Shown piece after piece: positions 53,010-64,000 of a DNA stretch of 64,000 nt. The notes beneath the pieces were generated by a model. The model saw only the letters and a list, made by a program, of their open reading frames with translations. It did not search any database and was not told where the DNA came from. The position numbers and the translations under genes were made by a program. Every line of letters starts with the position of its first letter. Position 1 is the first letter of the stretch. This DNA is from Epithemia pelagica (lineage: Eukaryota > Protista > Bacillariophyta). The stretch is from assembly GCA_946965045.2 (NCBI GenBank), contig OX337238.1:2604001-2668000 (forward strand). The letters run 5' to 3'.

Positions 53010-55902
53010 TTAATCTGTGCAGCCAAGCAAGCCCTCCAATTTGCACATACGATGCTCCAATTGTTCAAATATGCGCTTCAGTTCATCGACTTTCGATGAA
53101 ACGGACTCTTCCAGTCCTGTAAATCGTTCGACTATGGACGTGGCATGACCACCTCGCATCGTTTCCATTTCTTCCAGCGATGAAACGGCCTCTTCAAGTC
53201 GAGACATTAGTTGAAGTAATGACGGGGCTTGACCATCTCTCGCTGTTTCAGTCAACCAAGATGCCGAAGTGGTCTTATTGGATGCTAAAGGACTAGTCTC
53301 AAGGATTTTCGTCGTCATGGCAAAGGAACTCTTTCCACCCGAAAGACTCAAAGGGCCCTGTCTTGTATTCATGATAGTGGCATGTTTTCCGCCAACGTTC
53401 TGACGACTCGGGACATTCTGTTCGCGGTCAACCGATTCCATCCCCGCTTGTATTATTTTGGTCGTGGCTACCAACGCCAATACACTGATTGCCTCGGCTT
53501 TCTTTGGCATATCGTCCGCATCACGAGTCCATTTCATTACTTCATTGGCAAAATGACCAATCACAGTCGCCAATACACTGCTTCCAGCTCTTTCGTTCTC
53601 TCCACTCGTTTTGTCGTCGCTCTTTAAAGCCAACTGCTTTAAAGATCCTTCGACAATGGCAATGCCCTGTTGAACAGCATTTTGCAACTGTTCGTTACCA
53701 CTGTGATCCACGACCAAACAAATATGATTCATGTCTCCAAAGTCAACAATCTCATCAAGCAAAGAAGAGACGGCGATTTCAGACGAAATCCCTCCGAATA
53801 TACTTGGGCCGAATGACAACGCATTCAAAATAGAGCAAATGGCCGCAGTGGACGCTCTGCTACCATCATTGGCTTCAAGTGCAGCATATAGCTCGTTCAG
53901 AGATCTCCCCAAAGCTTGCGCCTGTGCAAGAACAACACGATGGTCAATGCTAAAGTTATGAGTGTTTGCCGTCGCCTGCAAAACAGCTGCGGTTCGGGGA
54001 AGGACTTCTCCGACTCGAAATTCAATCATGGCCAGATCGTTCGCCCAAAAAGACACTGGCTCCGTACTAGCTCCCGTATGATCTGGGTTATGGTCACCGA
54101 AGCCAGAAATAAGAACTCCGTCCTCCTGACACTTCTCAACAATCTTCTCTTGGATTGTGATGACTTTGTTGTCACTCTTAGATATAGTCTTGTTTGTCTC
54201 CTGTATTGCTTTCAATGTGCATCGTTGCCGATCATCCTTTGATATACGTTTGGCACGGTACAGGTGATTCAGAAACGTATAAAACACTTTCATTCGATGC
54301 ACATCAGACACCAGACGCGCCAAGTCGTGGACCTTGAAGGCAATATCGTCAGAATCAGCTTCCACAAGTTTCCAGTAAAAAGGATCCTCCAAAACACCAG
54401 AATCGCCGTCTCCCGTCAAACCGACAGAGCGACCAGCAGCCTTCCTGTCATTATCGGTGACCCCATTCAGTTCAAGAAGCGACTTCAAGTATTGAACTTT
54501 CCTGCCCATTGGAATTCTGTCTTGAATGACTTCCGTGTTTTGAATTCTAGCGGTAAGCCGATAAATCTCCTCTTGAATTTGTTCCACTGACCAGAATTTT
54601 CATCGTCAAACAGTGATTCCAAGAACGGAAGAACGGATTGTGCTTTTGCACCCTCTTGCAACACCATCACATCTTTTTCGCTGTAATCAACAACTGTCTT
54701 TGCCCGTTCAATCGCATTGCTGAGCTTCTCCATTTCCGTTTCTAGTTCCGTGCGACACGAATACAGGTTCTGCAATATACAAACGGTAAGATTCCAGATA
54801 GTGTCAAGCTGTCCCGAGTGCGCAGAATAGAACGAACCTTGAGTTGTTGTTTCTTGTCAATCAACAATAGTGTCTCACATGAATCCACATTTTGTCCACC
54901 AATCACAGCAATGCCAGTTTTGAAGGCCACCATGCTAGCATAATTACGTCCCGTGATCAAGTGTGGAAGGCTCCATACAATGCCACGGTCCGTATCCAAA
55001 ACCTCCACCGTAGCGATCGATCCACTGCAATTTCCTGACACAATGATACTCGATCCAACTGACACAGCTGCATGAAGATTACGCGCGTTAGATAGAGCTA
55101 GGTCTGTGCAATTTGTCCATACGGACGACGAGGAAAAGACTTTCGCAGCAGTCGTCTTGGTCGCATCATCAGAAATCTCCTCGAATCGCAATGACTCCAC
55201 CGAAGTCAACGCATTACTACCATTGTATCCTCCAACAACAAAGATGCGGTGGCCGATGACAGCACTAGCACAACCATAACGAGGACCTGTCATGGATGGC
55301 CCCGCAATCACAGTGTGGTTGCTTTCCACAGCTGTATCGATTATATCAACCGACGACAAAGAGTTTCCGTTGGATCCACCCATGACGATAATACAACGAT
55401 TGTCGACGGTAACAGCCGAGCATCCACGCCTTGCCGTAGACAATCGACAACTCAAGGTTGTCCATTGGTTGCAGGTAGAGCTTGTCAATGACCCTGAACA
55501 CAAATCTGCGACAGCAAGGCGTTCCACACTATCCAAATTTGACTTTCCATTGGATCCTCCAATCACGTAAACGCCTCCGCTACAGACCACGGCGGCAGGA
55601 TACGCTCGGTTATTGTTCAACGGCGGTCCTTCCCGCCATTACTTATTTTCTTCCGCCAAATTCAATAGCAAAACTGAGTTGGTGGAGGCTTGACCTGGTT
55701 TGCTTCCTCCGAGCACTACGACCGTCTGGGCATTGTCGTGCGGATGGGAATGGTCGAGCACGACTGAAGCATGGTACCGACGCCACCCAGCCAAAAGGGG
55801 AGGCCATTCGTTGGTATTCCAATGTGGCTCGTTACTGTTATTTTCACCGTCCAGAAAGCAAAGCCCGGATTGTTCTGCTTGCCGTTGCAGTGTTGTCGTC
55901 AT
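53010..55902 (-). pseudogene. Kelch (K9) + unknown helical domain fusion, copy 2; CAA->TAA at 55639-55641, 1-bp loss in an A-run ~54597; 5' end is K8-type
   Basis: Paralog of 41682-44594 with intron 54770-54837; first ~30 codons and upstream spacer match K8/K3 rather than K7. Confidence 0.82.
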
Positions 55903-56989
55903 GGTACTTGTAGATTTTATAGCAACACCAAGGAATCTTCGTCTTTTTCCTCAAAACCTCTCAGAAAATACGAAAATGTGGGAATCAACGAATGGACTGA
56001 ATATTCTGGACCGTTTGTACCAAAACCGGAACGAAAGACGGCAGCACCTCCACGGCGGCGAATTTAATCATGGATCATGGTATCCTTCATCGGATGGATG
56101 GCCTTGGACAGATGAACGGGTCCAAAACCATCCACGAAAAAAGCCATTCCAGCAGAGATTCCACGGACGATTGAGTTCGAGGGAAGCTTGGCCTCAGAAG
56201 TGGAGGCAATGATGGAGGTTTGAGTAACGCTCTCTTTACTCTGGTTATCATTGTCGTCGTTTTCGATTGGGAAGGTGACAACGTCTCCAGAATGGCGGCT
56301 GCTGGTGAAAGATTCGTGGTATCCGAAGCGCAACTACTATACGGGCAAGACTATGATCTTGCGGCGAACAGTGTCCATGCCGTCATCGGCGTCTTCCATC
56401 GACCATGGATCGGTTTTGGAATGCAAGTGAGGAGAACATTGAAGTGGTTGTCATCTTGATTCTCGTAAACAGCTCCAGAATCCAGAACGGCAACGACAAA
56501 GAGCAGCCACCATGGCATGTCATTGGTAAGAATGATTCCCCATCGACTTGAAGGGACTCGGACTTCGGACTATTATTGTGGGTCCACAGGCTCGCGCGGG
56601 CTTTTGAACTTCACGGGCCCCTGCTACCAGTGCTATGTGGTGAGTATCCTCGAGCAATCGCAACCCCGATCTATCTACATAGCCTATTACTCCTCTTATG
56701 ACAAAGCCTTTGGCTCCTGACAGTCCATGAGCAAGTTTCTACCATCCATTGACGCCATCTGAACAAGGACTCCTTCTTCGGACACTTCTTGAAACCAAGT
56801 TTGGTGTGGTTCGTAGCTCGTACTCTAGCTAGCTAGTGAGGGTGAAAAACGAGCCAGGTCACGATACGATTATCCGTCAGTCCGTCCGTCAGACACCGAA
56901 CGCCAAGATCAACAAAACACTGCCCACAAAAGCCAAAAGAACGACGAGTGACAGACACGCCGTTGTCATGCGATAAGAGTGAATGCACC
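55903..56989. repeat. Divergent-Kelch spacer, copy 2
   Basis: Paralog of 47230-48290. Confidence 0.9.
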
Positions 56990-58189
56990 ATGAGCCTGAC
57001 ACTGAAAGAACAAGCATGGCAGTCAGGCCTTGTCCTTTTCGACGAGACGGCAGCATGGAATGAAAACAACTGGCCTCCTCTCCCGGGGGGATGGCGTCGC
57101 GATCATACTACAGTCGTACTTGATCATCCTGATACGGACAACGACAAAGACAACAAGAGACAACAAATTGTCGTCGTGTTGGGCGGATATGGTCAAGGCG
57201 AGCTCGATTCCATTTTTGTATTGAATTTATCAGACCCAAACAAACAGTGGCGAGAAGGTCCGCCCATGAGCAAGAAACGTGACGAACTTGCCGCTGTTGT
57301 CTGCAATGGAGGCATTTACGTGGTGGGAGGATACAGTGAAGGTTCATGTTTGAGTTGCATGGAGCGGATTGATGCCAATGATTTGCTGCAATCATCTTTA
57401 ACAAACAGCAACACAAATGAGAGCCATTGGACGACATTGAATTGTCGCTTGTCAACGCGACGAAGAGCATGTCGAGCTGTTGCGGTTCACAACCAATACA
57501 TTGTTGTAGTGGGTGGCTACAACGATCGTTATTTGTCGTCGGTGGATATTATTGATACCACCAGGAACCACACTGTCACTGCGGGACCATCCGTGACTGT
57601 TCCACGACGATGGTGTTCCAGTGCGGTCGTTGGTCAACGCATCTTTGTCGTTGGAGGCCATAACGAGGATGACTATCTTGACTCGGTGGAGTATTTGGAC
57701 TATGCAACACCCTGTGACAATGATGAGATCAAAAGGGAGACTGGTTCGACATTCATTTCTTTCTCGTCCACCTGGATGACTCATTCTGATTTGATGCTTT
57801 CCAATGCACGAAGCTCTTGTGCAATGGTTGCCGTGGGATCTTGTCTGGTGGTGGCGGGAGGAAGAGGTAATTCAACCGTGGATGTATTGGATACGTACCG
57901 CAACCACATGTGGAATCTCCCGCTATTAGAAAATTACCGTGATGGCTGCAGTCTAGTGACTGTTGCCAATCAAGTTGCCGTGATTGGTGGTGGCAGCAAT
58001 CCGTCCTGTGCGACATTACCACTACTAGACAAGAATTCATGGTGTTTTCAGCGACTCTGCAACCAGCCTCGGATTGAATGGTATCATTGTCATGGAAGAT
58101 CGGGTAACGGAGACGTTAATGTAACATCCTGCACTATCTCGTCGTCGACTCTTAAACGATTGAGGGCCCTTGATTATCGTGATTTTTGA
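56990..58189 (+). CDS. Kelch protein K11 (~399 aa; stop codon supplied by the adjoining arrestin fragment)
   Basis: Body nearly identical to K13, tail divergent; TGA at 58187-58189 lies inside arrestin-derived TTTGAAACTGCCC. Confidence 0.85.
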   Translation: MSLTLKEQAWQSGLVLFDETAAWNENNWPPLPGGWRRDHTTVVLDHPDTDNDKDNKRQQIVVVLGGYGQGELDSIFVLNLSDPNKQWREGPPMSKKRDELAAVVCNGGIYVVGGYSEGSCLSCMERIDANDLLQSSLTNSNTNESHWTTLNCRLSTRRRACRAVAVHNQYIVVVGGYNDRYLSSVDIIDTTRNHTVTAGPSVTVPRRWCSSAVVGQRIFVVGGHNEDDYLDSVEYLDYATPCDNDEIKRETGSTFISFSSTWMTHSDLMLSNARSSCAMVAVGSCLVVAGGRGNSTVDVLDTYRNHMWNLPLLENYRDGCSLVTVANQVAVIGGGSNPSCATLPLLDKNSWCFQRLCNQPRIEWYHCHGRSGNGDVNVTSCTISSSTLKRLRALDYRDF

Positions 58190-59172
58190 AACTGCCCCAA
58201 ATGATGACGACGAAGAGGACGAGGAGGATGCCATGCAGGAAAGCAATACGATAAAGAAGGACAAAATTCGCATCCCTCCTGGCAAGTATCTAATTCCCTT
58301 TGCCTTGGAACTACCCGAATCAATCCCTGGTAGCTTTTGTTACGACGACCCATCGGATGGGAAATGCGAAATTCGTTACTACTTCAAGGTGATTCTCAAA
58401 GGATCCGGTCGAATGTGGAACTACAATACGGAAGAAACCGTTCATGTCAAGAGTCGCAAGCAAACGAGAAACTCTGCAGACAAGCAACAAGACACCATTC
58501 CCTACGATGCACCACCCGTCAATGAAACCATTCGATCGTGTTGGTTTCCCATTGGAAGTATCTCTCTTGGAGCCCGGTTGGACGATAAACAAGTCCACAA
58601 GGGTCAGGAATGTCGCGTCAATGTGTCATGTCGCAATCACTCTTCGGCCGACATTAATTCAGTACGGGCCACCTTGCGACAAGAATTCAAATGGAAAGCG
58701 GGGAGTCATCGAGCGCGAGGGATGCAATCCATCTTATCTTTGGACTTTACCGACGGTTGCTCCTACAAGGCAGTTTGGCAACACAAAGCAAGGCTTTGCG
58801 ACAAACTCAAGACATTGCTTCGGAAATGAAAGAAATGTTTTGCGAAGTCAACAAGGCTCAGAGTTCTGCAACCTTTACCATTCCCCGCGAGTACGGCGAA
58901 TCTGGAATGAACAACAACCATGAGGATGCACGAATACTGTGTACCTACTCCAGCGGCCTTATTACCATATCACATCGTCTGGAACTGGAAGTATCAACAT
59001 CTGGTTGTTGTGTCACGAATCCATCTCTCCTCATTCCCATGTTGGTTGAAGAAGAACCTGCGAATCCAGATGCAGCGCAAGTCGAGGCCGAAGTGGAAGT
59101 TGACCCTTGCGGACAAGCTTCGTATGTTCCACCACAATATGAAGATGCCATTCAATCCCCTGTCATTTATGT
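58182..59172 (+). pseudogene. Alpha-arrestin internal fragment (copy 3), frameshifted ~58750
   Basis: Aligns to ~39970-40965; truncated at both ends. Confidence 0.88.
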
Positions 59173-59784
59173 TGTCATGGATGGCCCCGCAATCACAGTG
59201 TGGTTGCTTTCCACAGCTGTATCGATTATATCAACCGACGACAAAATGTTTCCGTTGGATCCACCAATCACGACAATATAGCGATTGTGCACGGCAACAG
59301 CCGAACAACCTTCTCTTGCCGTAGACAATCGACAATTCAAGGTTGTCCATTGGTTGGTGGTAGAGCTTGCCAATGACCCTGAAGACAAAGTTTCAACATC
59401 GATACGTTCAATACTATTCAAGTATGAACCATTGAATCCTCCAATCACATAAACTCCTCCATTACAAACCACCGCAGCATGACAGCATCTCCTGTTGTTC
59501 AACGGCGGTCCTTCCCGCCATTGCTTATTTTCTTCTGCCAAATTCATCAGCAGAACTGAGTTGGTGTAGCCTTGACCTTGTTTCTTTCCTCCCAAAAATA
59601 CAACCGTCTGTGCCCTGTCATCCTGTTCAGGATGGTCGAGCACGACTGAAGCATGATACTGACGCCACCCACCTAAAAGGGGAGGCCAGTCATTGGTATC
59701 CCAATGTGGCTCGTTACTGTTATTTTCACTGTCCATAAAGCAAAGCCCGGATTGCTCTGCTTGTCGTTGCAGTGTCATCGTCAT
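59167..59784 (-). pseudogene. Kelch gene K12, 3'-truncated by fusion to the arrestin fragment
   Basis: MTMTLQRQAEQ... ends at IAGPSMTT where the sequence switches to arrestin (TGTCATTTATGTT|GTCATGG). Confidence 0.85.
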
Positions 59785-60845
59785 GGTACTTGCAGATTTT
59801 ATAGCAACACCAAGGAGTCTTCGTCTTTTTCCTCTAAACCTCAGAAAATACGAAAATATGGGAATCAACGAATGGACTGAATATTCTGGACCGTTTGTAC
59901 CAAAACCGGAACGAAAGACGGCAGCACCTCCACGGCGGCGATTTCAATCATGGATCATGGTATCTTTCACCAGTGGATGGCCTTGGACAGATGAACGGGT
60001 CCAAAACCATCCACGAAAAAAGCCACTCCAGCAGAGAATCCACGAACGCTGACAATCCCATTTCGAGGGAAGCTTGGCCTCAGAAGTGGAGGCAATGATG
60101 GAGGTTTGAGTAACGTTCTCTTGATTCTGGTTATCATCGTCGTCGTTTTCGACTGGGAGGGTGACAACGTCTCCAGAATGGCGGCTGCTGGTGAAAGAGT
60201 CCTGCTATCCGCCGCCCAACTACGGGCAAGATTATGATCTTGCGGCGAACAGTGTCCATGCCGTCATCGGCGTCTTCCATCGACCATGGATCGGCTTTTG
60301 GAATGCAAGTGAGGAGAACATTGAAGTGGTTGTCATCTTGATTCTCGTAAACAGCTCCAGAATCCAGAACGGCAACGACAAAGAGCAGCCACCATGGCAT
60401 GTCATTGGTAAGAATGATTCCCCATCGACTTGAAGGGACTCGGACTTCGGACTATTATTGTGGGTCCACAGGCTCGCGCGGGCTTTTGAACTTCACGGGC
60501 CCCTGCTAGTGCTATGTGGGGTGTGAGCAGTAAGTATCCTCGGAGCAAGATCTATCTCCATAGCCTATTACTCCTCCTTTGGCTTCTGAGAACGTGAGCA
60601 AGTTTATACCATCCATTGACACCTTTTGAACAAGGACTGCTTCGGACACTTCTTATATCCATTCAAACCAAGTTTGGTGTGGTTGTCATTGCTCGTACTC
60701 TAGCTAGAGAGGGTGAGCACACGAACTAGAGAGGTAGGTAGATACGATTTTCCGTCAGTCCGTCAGACACCGAACGCCAAGATCAACAAAACACTGCCCA
60801 CAAAAGAACGACGAGTGACAGACACGCCGTTGTCATGCATGCACC
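59785..60845. repeat. Divergent-Kelch spacer, copy 3
   Basis: Paralog of 47230-48290. Confidence 0.9.
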
Positions 60846-62117
60846 ATGAGCCTGACACTGAAAGAACAAGCATGGCAGTCAGGCCTTGTCCTTTTCCACG
60901 AGACAGCAGCATGGAATGAAAACAACTGGCCTCCTCTCCCGGGTGGATGGCGTCGCGATCATACTACAGTCGTACTCGATCATCCCGATACGGACAACGA
61001 CAAAGACAACAAGAGACAACAAATTGTCGTCGTGTTGGGCGGATATGATCAAGGCGAGCTCGATTCGATTCTTGTATTGAATTTATCAGACCCAAACAAA
61101 CAGTGGCGAGAAGGTCCGCCCATGAGCAAGAAACGTGACGAACTTGCCGCTGTTGTCTGCAATGGAGGCATTTACGTGGTGGGAGGATACAGTGAAGGTT
61201 CATGTTTGAGTTGCATGGAGCGGATTGATGCCAATGATTTGCTGCAATCATCTTTAACAAACAGCAACACAAATGAGAGCCATTGGACGACATTGAATTG
61301 TCGCTTGTCAACGCGACGAAGAGCATGTCGAGCTGTTGCGGTTCACAACCAATACATTGTTGTAGTGGGTGGCTACAACGATCGTTATTTGTCGTCGGTG
61401 GATATTATTGATACCACCAGGAACCACACTGTCACTGCGGGACCATCCTTGACTGTTCCACGACGATGGTGTTCCAGTGCGGTCGTTGGTCAACGCATCT
61501 TTGTCGTTGGAGGCCATAACGAGGATGACTATCTTGACTCGGTGGAGTATTTGGACTATGCAACACCCTGTGACAATGATGAGATCAAAAGGGAGACTGG
61601 TTCGACATTCATTTCTTTCTCGTCCACCTGGATGACTCATTCTGATTTGGTGCTTTCCAATGCACGAAGTTCTTGTGCAATGGTTGCCGTGGGATCTTGT
61701 CTGGTGGTGGCGGGAGGAAGAGGTAATTCAACCGTGGAAGTATTGGATACGTTTCGCAACCACATGTGGAATCTCCCGCTATTGGAAAACTACCGTGATG
61801 GTTGTAGTCTAGTGACTGTAGCCAATCAAGTTGCCGTGATTGGTGGTGGCAGCAATCCGTCCTGTGCGACATTACCACTACTAGACAAGAATTCATGGTG
61901 TTTTCAGCGACTCTGTGAGGAGCCTCGGAACGAATGGTATCAGTTTCGGGAAGGCATGGGTATCGGAGATGCTGATATTTCACGCTTTTGCACCTCGACA
62001 TCCTCTCGTAAAGGAGCAAAAGGCCCAAGACGCGCCCTGGTGATTAAGGAAAACATGAATCCAGAAATGTGCAGTACTCCTACATTGCATTTATGTCCTG
62101 CAATGGAGAAGCTATAG
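60846..62117 (+). CDS. Kelch-repeat protein K13 (423 aa, intact)
   Basis: MSLTLKEQAWQSGL...NWPPLPGGWRR, Kelch repeats, DKNSWCFQRL. Confidence 0.92.
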   Translation: MSLTLKEQAWQSGLVLFHETAAWNENNWPPLPGGWRRDHTTVVLDHPDTDNDKDNKRQQIVVVLGGYDQGELDSILVLNLSDPNKQWREGPPMSKKRDELAAVVCNGGIYVVGGYSEGSCLSCMERIDANDLLQSSLTNSNTNESHWTTLNCRLSTRRRACRAVAVHNQYIVVVGGYNDRYLSSVDIIDTTRNHTVTAGPSLTVPRRWCSSAVVGQRIFVVGGHNEDDYLDSVEYLDYATPCDNDEIKRETGSTFISFSSTWMTHSDLVLSNARSSCAMVAVGSCLVVAGGRGNSTVEVLDTFRNHMWNLPLLENYRDGCSLVTVANQVAVIGGGSNPSCATLPLLDKNSWCFQRLCEEPRNEWYQFREGMGIGDADISRFCTSTSSRKGAKGPRRALVIKENMNPEMCSTPTLHLCPAMEKL

Positions 62118-62797
62118 CATAATCATTTTGTTTTCCAACACTTTTCTTGTTTTTTATGACATCGTTAACTATTGAGATATCATGTATTCGTTGTACTACC
62201 TACAAAAAAATGAAATGTTACAGCGTCTGGCATGACACTGCCATCCTCCGCAAACAGGAGTGGAGCCTGGCTCTTGGGTGCATGTCCATGGTACCATGCC
62301 TCTCTGTACTATTGAATGGGTCGAGTTATCGTGCTGTGGAACATCATGGTTGTGCGCCTAAAACACAACTCCTACATACTCCTACCAAAACTAAAGACAA
62401 GGTGTTTTACCACATAGGGTAGACAGCCTAGCATTTAGATCCATCTGCGACCACCTAAAAGATTTTCGGTTCTTCGACTGAGTTCAGCCTTTGAAAGTGC
62501 GACCTCAATGTGCGACCTCAATTCTGATAGATCGATCAACTGGCTCAACACTTGGCGACCTGTTATACTTCGGTCTGCTTCTTCCCCGTGATTTCTTACA
62601 TTTTTCAGTCCTCGCCTAGACTCCTAGGCCAGGCGCGTCGGTCGACGGCACCCTAGCGGGTCCGCGCGGCAGCGTTAAAATAGACTGTACCTTTTCTATT
62701 TCAGCTGCCGCGGTTCATCTCCATGTTGAAAGAAGAGTTAGACTTGATCGTAGAGAACCTTTCTTTATAAGAGAATCGCCTTGGCAGCTATATTGTC

Positions 62798-63616
62798 ATG
62801 GCAGATCGTCATCGCCTTGATGAAGACGCCGAGGGCTTCGAAGAGGATTTCGATGACGCAGACGACGAAGCATTCCCTCATATTCAACAGTACTACGCAT
62901 CGTTGACTCCAGATTTGCGAGATGGATCCTTCGATACTCGCCTTGCCAACTTTCACGAAGGCGTGAACCTGCCGGAAGAGCGATATTTTTGCTCTAGACC
63001 CAAGTCACTAGCCTACCTCAACGATGATCCCCGAAAGACTCCAGCAGACCACCCGCTGCGAGCGATCGCTTGGGTCCTTGAATCTGCTCCGCCCCATTCG
63101 GTGGTGCGAGTTTTTTGTTACTCGCTGACCGATCCGATAGCGATCGATTTGATTGTTCATGCCGGATCGTCGCGTGAGGTCAAAGTTATCCTTCATCCAA
63201 ATAACAAAAGTAAAAGAGCACTGGAAGAATTTGTCGATCAACATGGCAAAAGCGCCTTTCTCGAAAACGTGGAAATGCGTCTGGCAAACCTAATCGGTGC
63301 CGATTGTGAATCAAGCCAGGTCCAAATGCACGACAAATCAATTATTACGGAAACCTACTCCGTTTTTGGCAGTTACAACCTGTCAAGCTTTGCTCGTGTG
63401 GGCAATTGGGAGTCGGTGTGTGTGGTTGATACACCTGCCAAATGTCAGGTAACCTTTGACAGCATCTGGGACAACATTTCCCATCGACAAGTCGAAAACT
63501 ACTACACCAATTTGCAGAGCTCAGTAATCGGACCTCGACGACGAGCTCGTGCATCGGCGCGAGAAGCAGAGGATGCGCGGAGACGACAAGCTGCAAGAAG
63601 CCGTGAAGATCTGTAG
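62798..63616 (+). CDS. Single-domain PLD/Nuc-family (HKD) putative nuclease, copy 2 (272 aa)
   Basis: Near-identical to 50032..50850, intact HDK...GSYN. Confidence 0.85.
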   Translation: MADRHRLDEDAEGFEEDFDDADDEAFPHIQQYYASLTPDLRDGSFDTRLANFHEGVNLPEERYFCSRPKSLAYLNDDPRKTPADHPLRAIAWVLESAPPHSVVRVFCYSLTDPIAIDLIVHAGSSREVKVILHPNNKSKRALEEFVDQHGKSAFLENVEMRLANLIGADCESSQVQMHDKSIITETYSVFGSYNLSSFARVGNWESVCVVDTPAKCQVTFDSIWDNISHRQVENYYTNLQSSVIGPRRRARASAREAEDARRRQAARSREDL

Positions 63617-63803
63617 AAAATTGTTGAAATGACTTACAGGATTGCCAAATTTCCTCATGTTACAGCAATTTCTCAAGAGATAATGCGCTTGTGTCCTTTG
63701 ACAGTAGTTGCTATGGGTTTCGCTAAAAAGCCATCGAAATTATGGGATATCAGTTACATGTCGCATCTTCTAAAAGCTATCACTGCACGACGCAAAAGTG
63801 GAA

Positions 63804-64000
63804 TGGTTGTTGTGTCACGAATCCATCTCTCCTCATTCCCATGCTGGTAGAAGAAGAACCTGCGTATCAAGATGCAGCGCAAGTCGAGGCCGAAGTGGAA
63901 GTTGACCCTTCCGGACAAGCTTCGTATGTTCCACCACAATATGAAGATGCCATTCAAGCGCCTGTCATTTATGTTCCAAGTTCCCACGTGACCATGGGTG
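63804..64000 (+). pseudogene. Alpha-arrestin internal fragment (copy 4), continues beyond window
   Basis: TGGTTGTTGTGTCACGAATCC... aligns to ~40791-40987. Confidence 0.85.

Noticed and set aside
1-64000. tRNA, rRNA or other structured RNA genes
   Set aside because: No cloverleaf or rRNA-like segment recognised by eye; a tRNAscan/Infernal run would be needed to exclude them.

Overview
Eukaryotic genomic DNA with short GT-AG introns; probably a diatom, inferred from the Copia type and the low-complexity CAA/GTT-rich genes. There is no sign of prokaryotic operons or CRISPR. 1-11.8 kb holds two nested retroelements. A DIRS/Ngaro-like RT element on the minus strand runs off the left edge and abuts a truncated 5' LTR of a Ty1/Copia element. 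Both appear to carry translational recoding signals. The minus-strand element is one reading frame from 5291 to the window edge, broken only by two TGA-C codons. The Copia gag ends in a G GAT TTT slippery heptamer, a 5-nt spacer and a hairpin. 12-64 kb is a birth-and-death gene cluster. It has 13 copies or fragments of a BTB-less, F-box-less Kelch family, five alpha-arrestin copies (one intact, four degenerate), two copies of a spliced Kelch + ~590-aa unknown helical domain fusion, and two single-HKD PLD/Nuc-type nuclease genes sitting in an inserted cassette. These form a large inverted duplication around a unique core (PhyH-like dioxygenase, a receiver-domain protein with RRxS repeats, a divergent Kelch gene), followed by rearranged tandem units. 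Also present are an apparently intact 3,039-bp hAT transposon (8-bp TSD, empty paralogous sites in the window), a 113-bp hairpin MITE and a JmjC/cupin gene.
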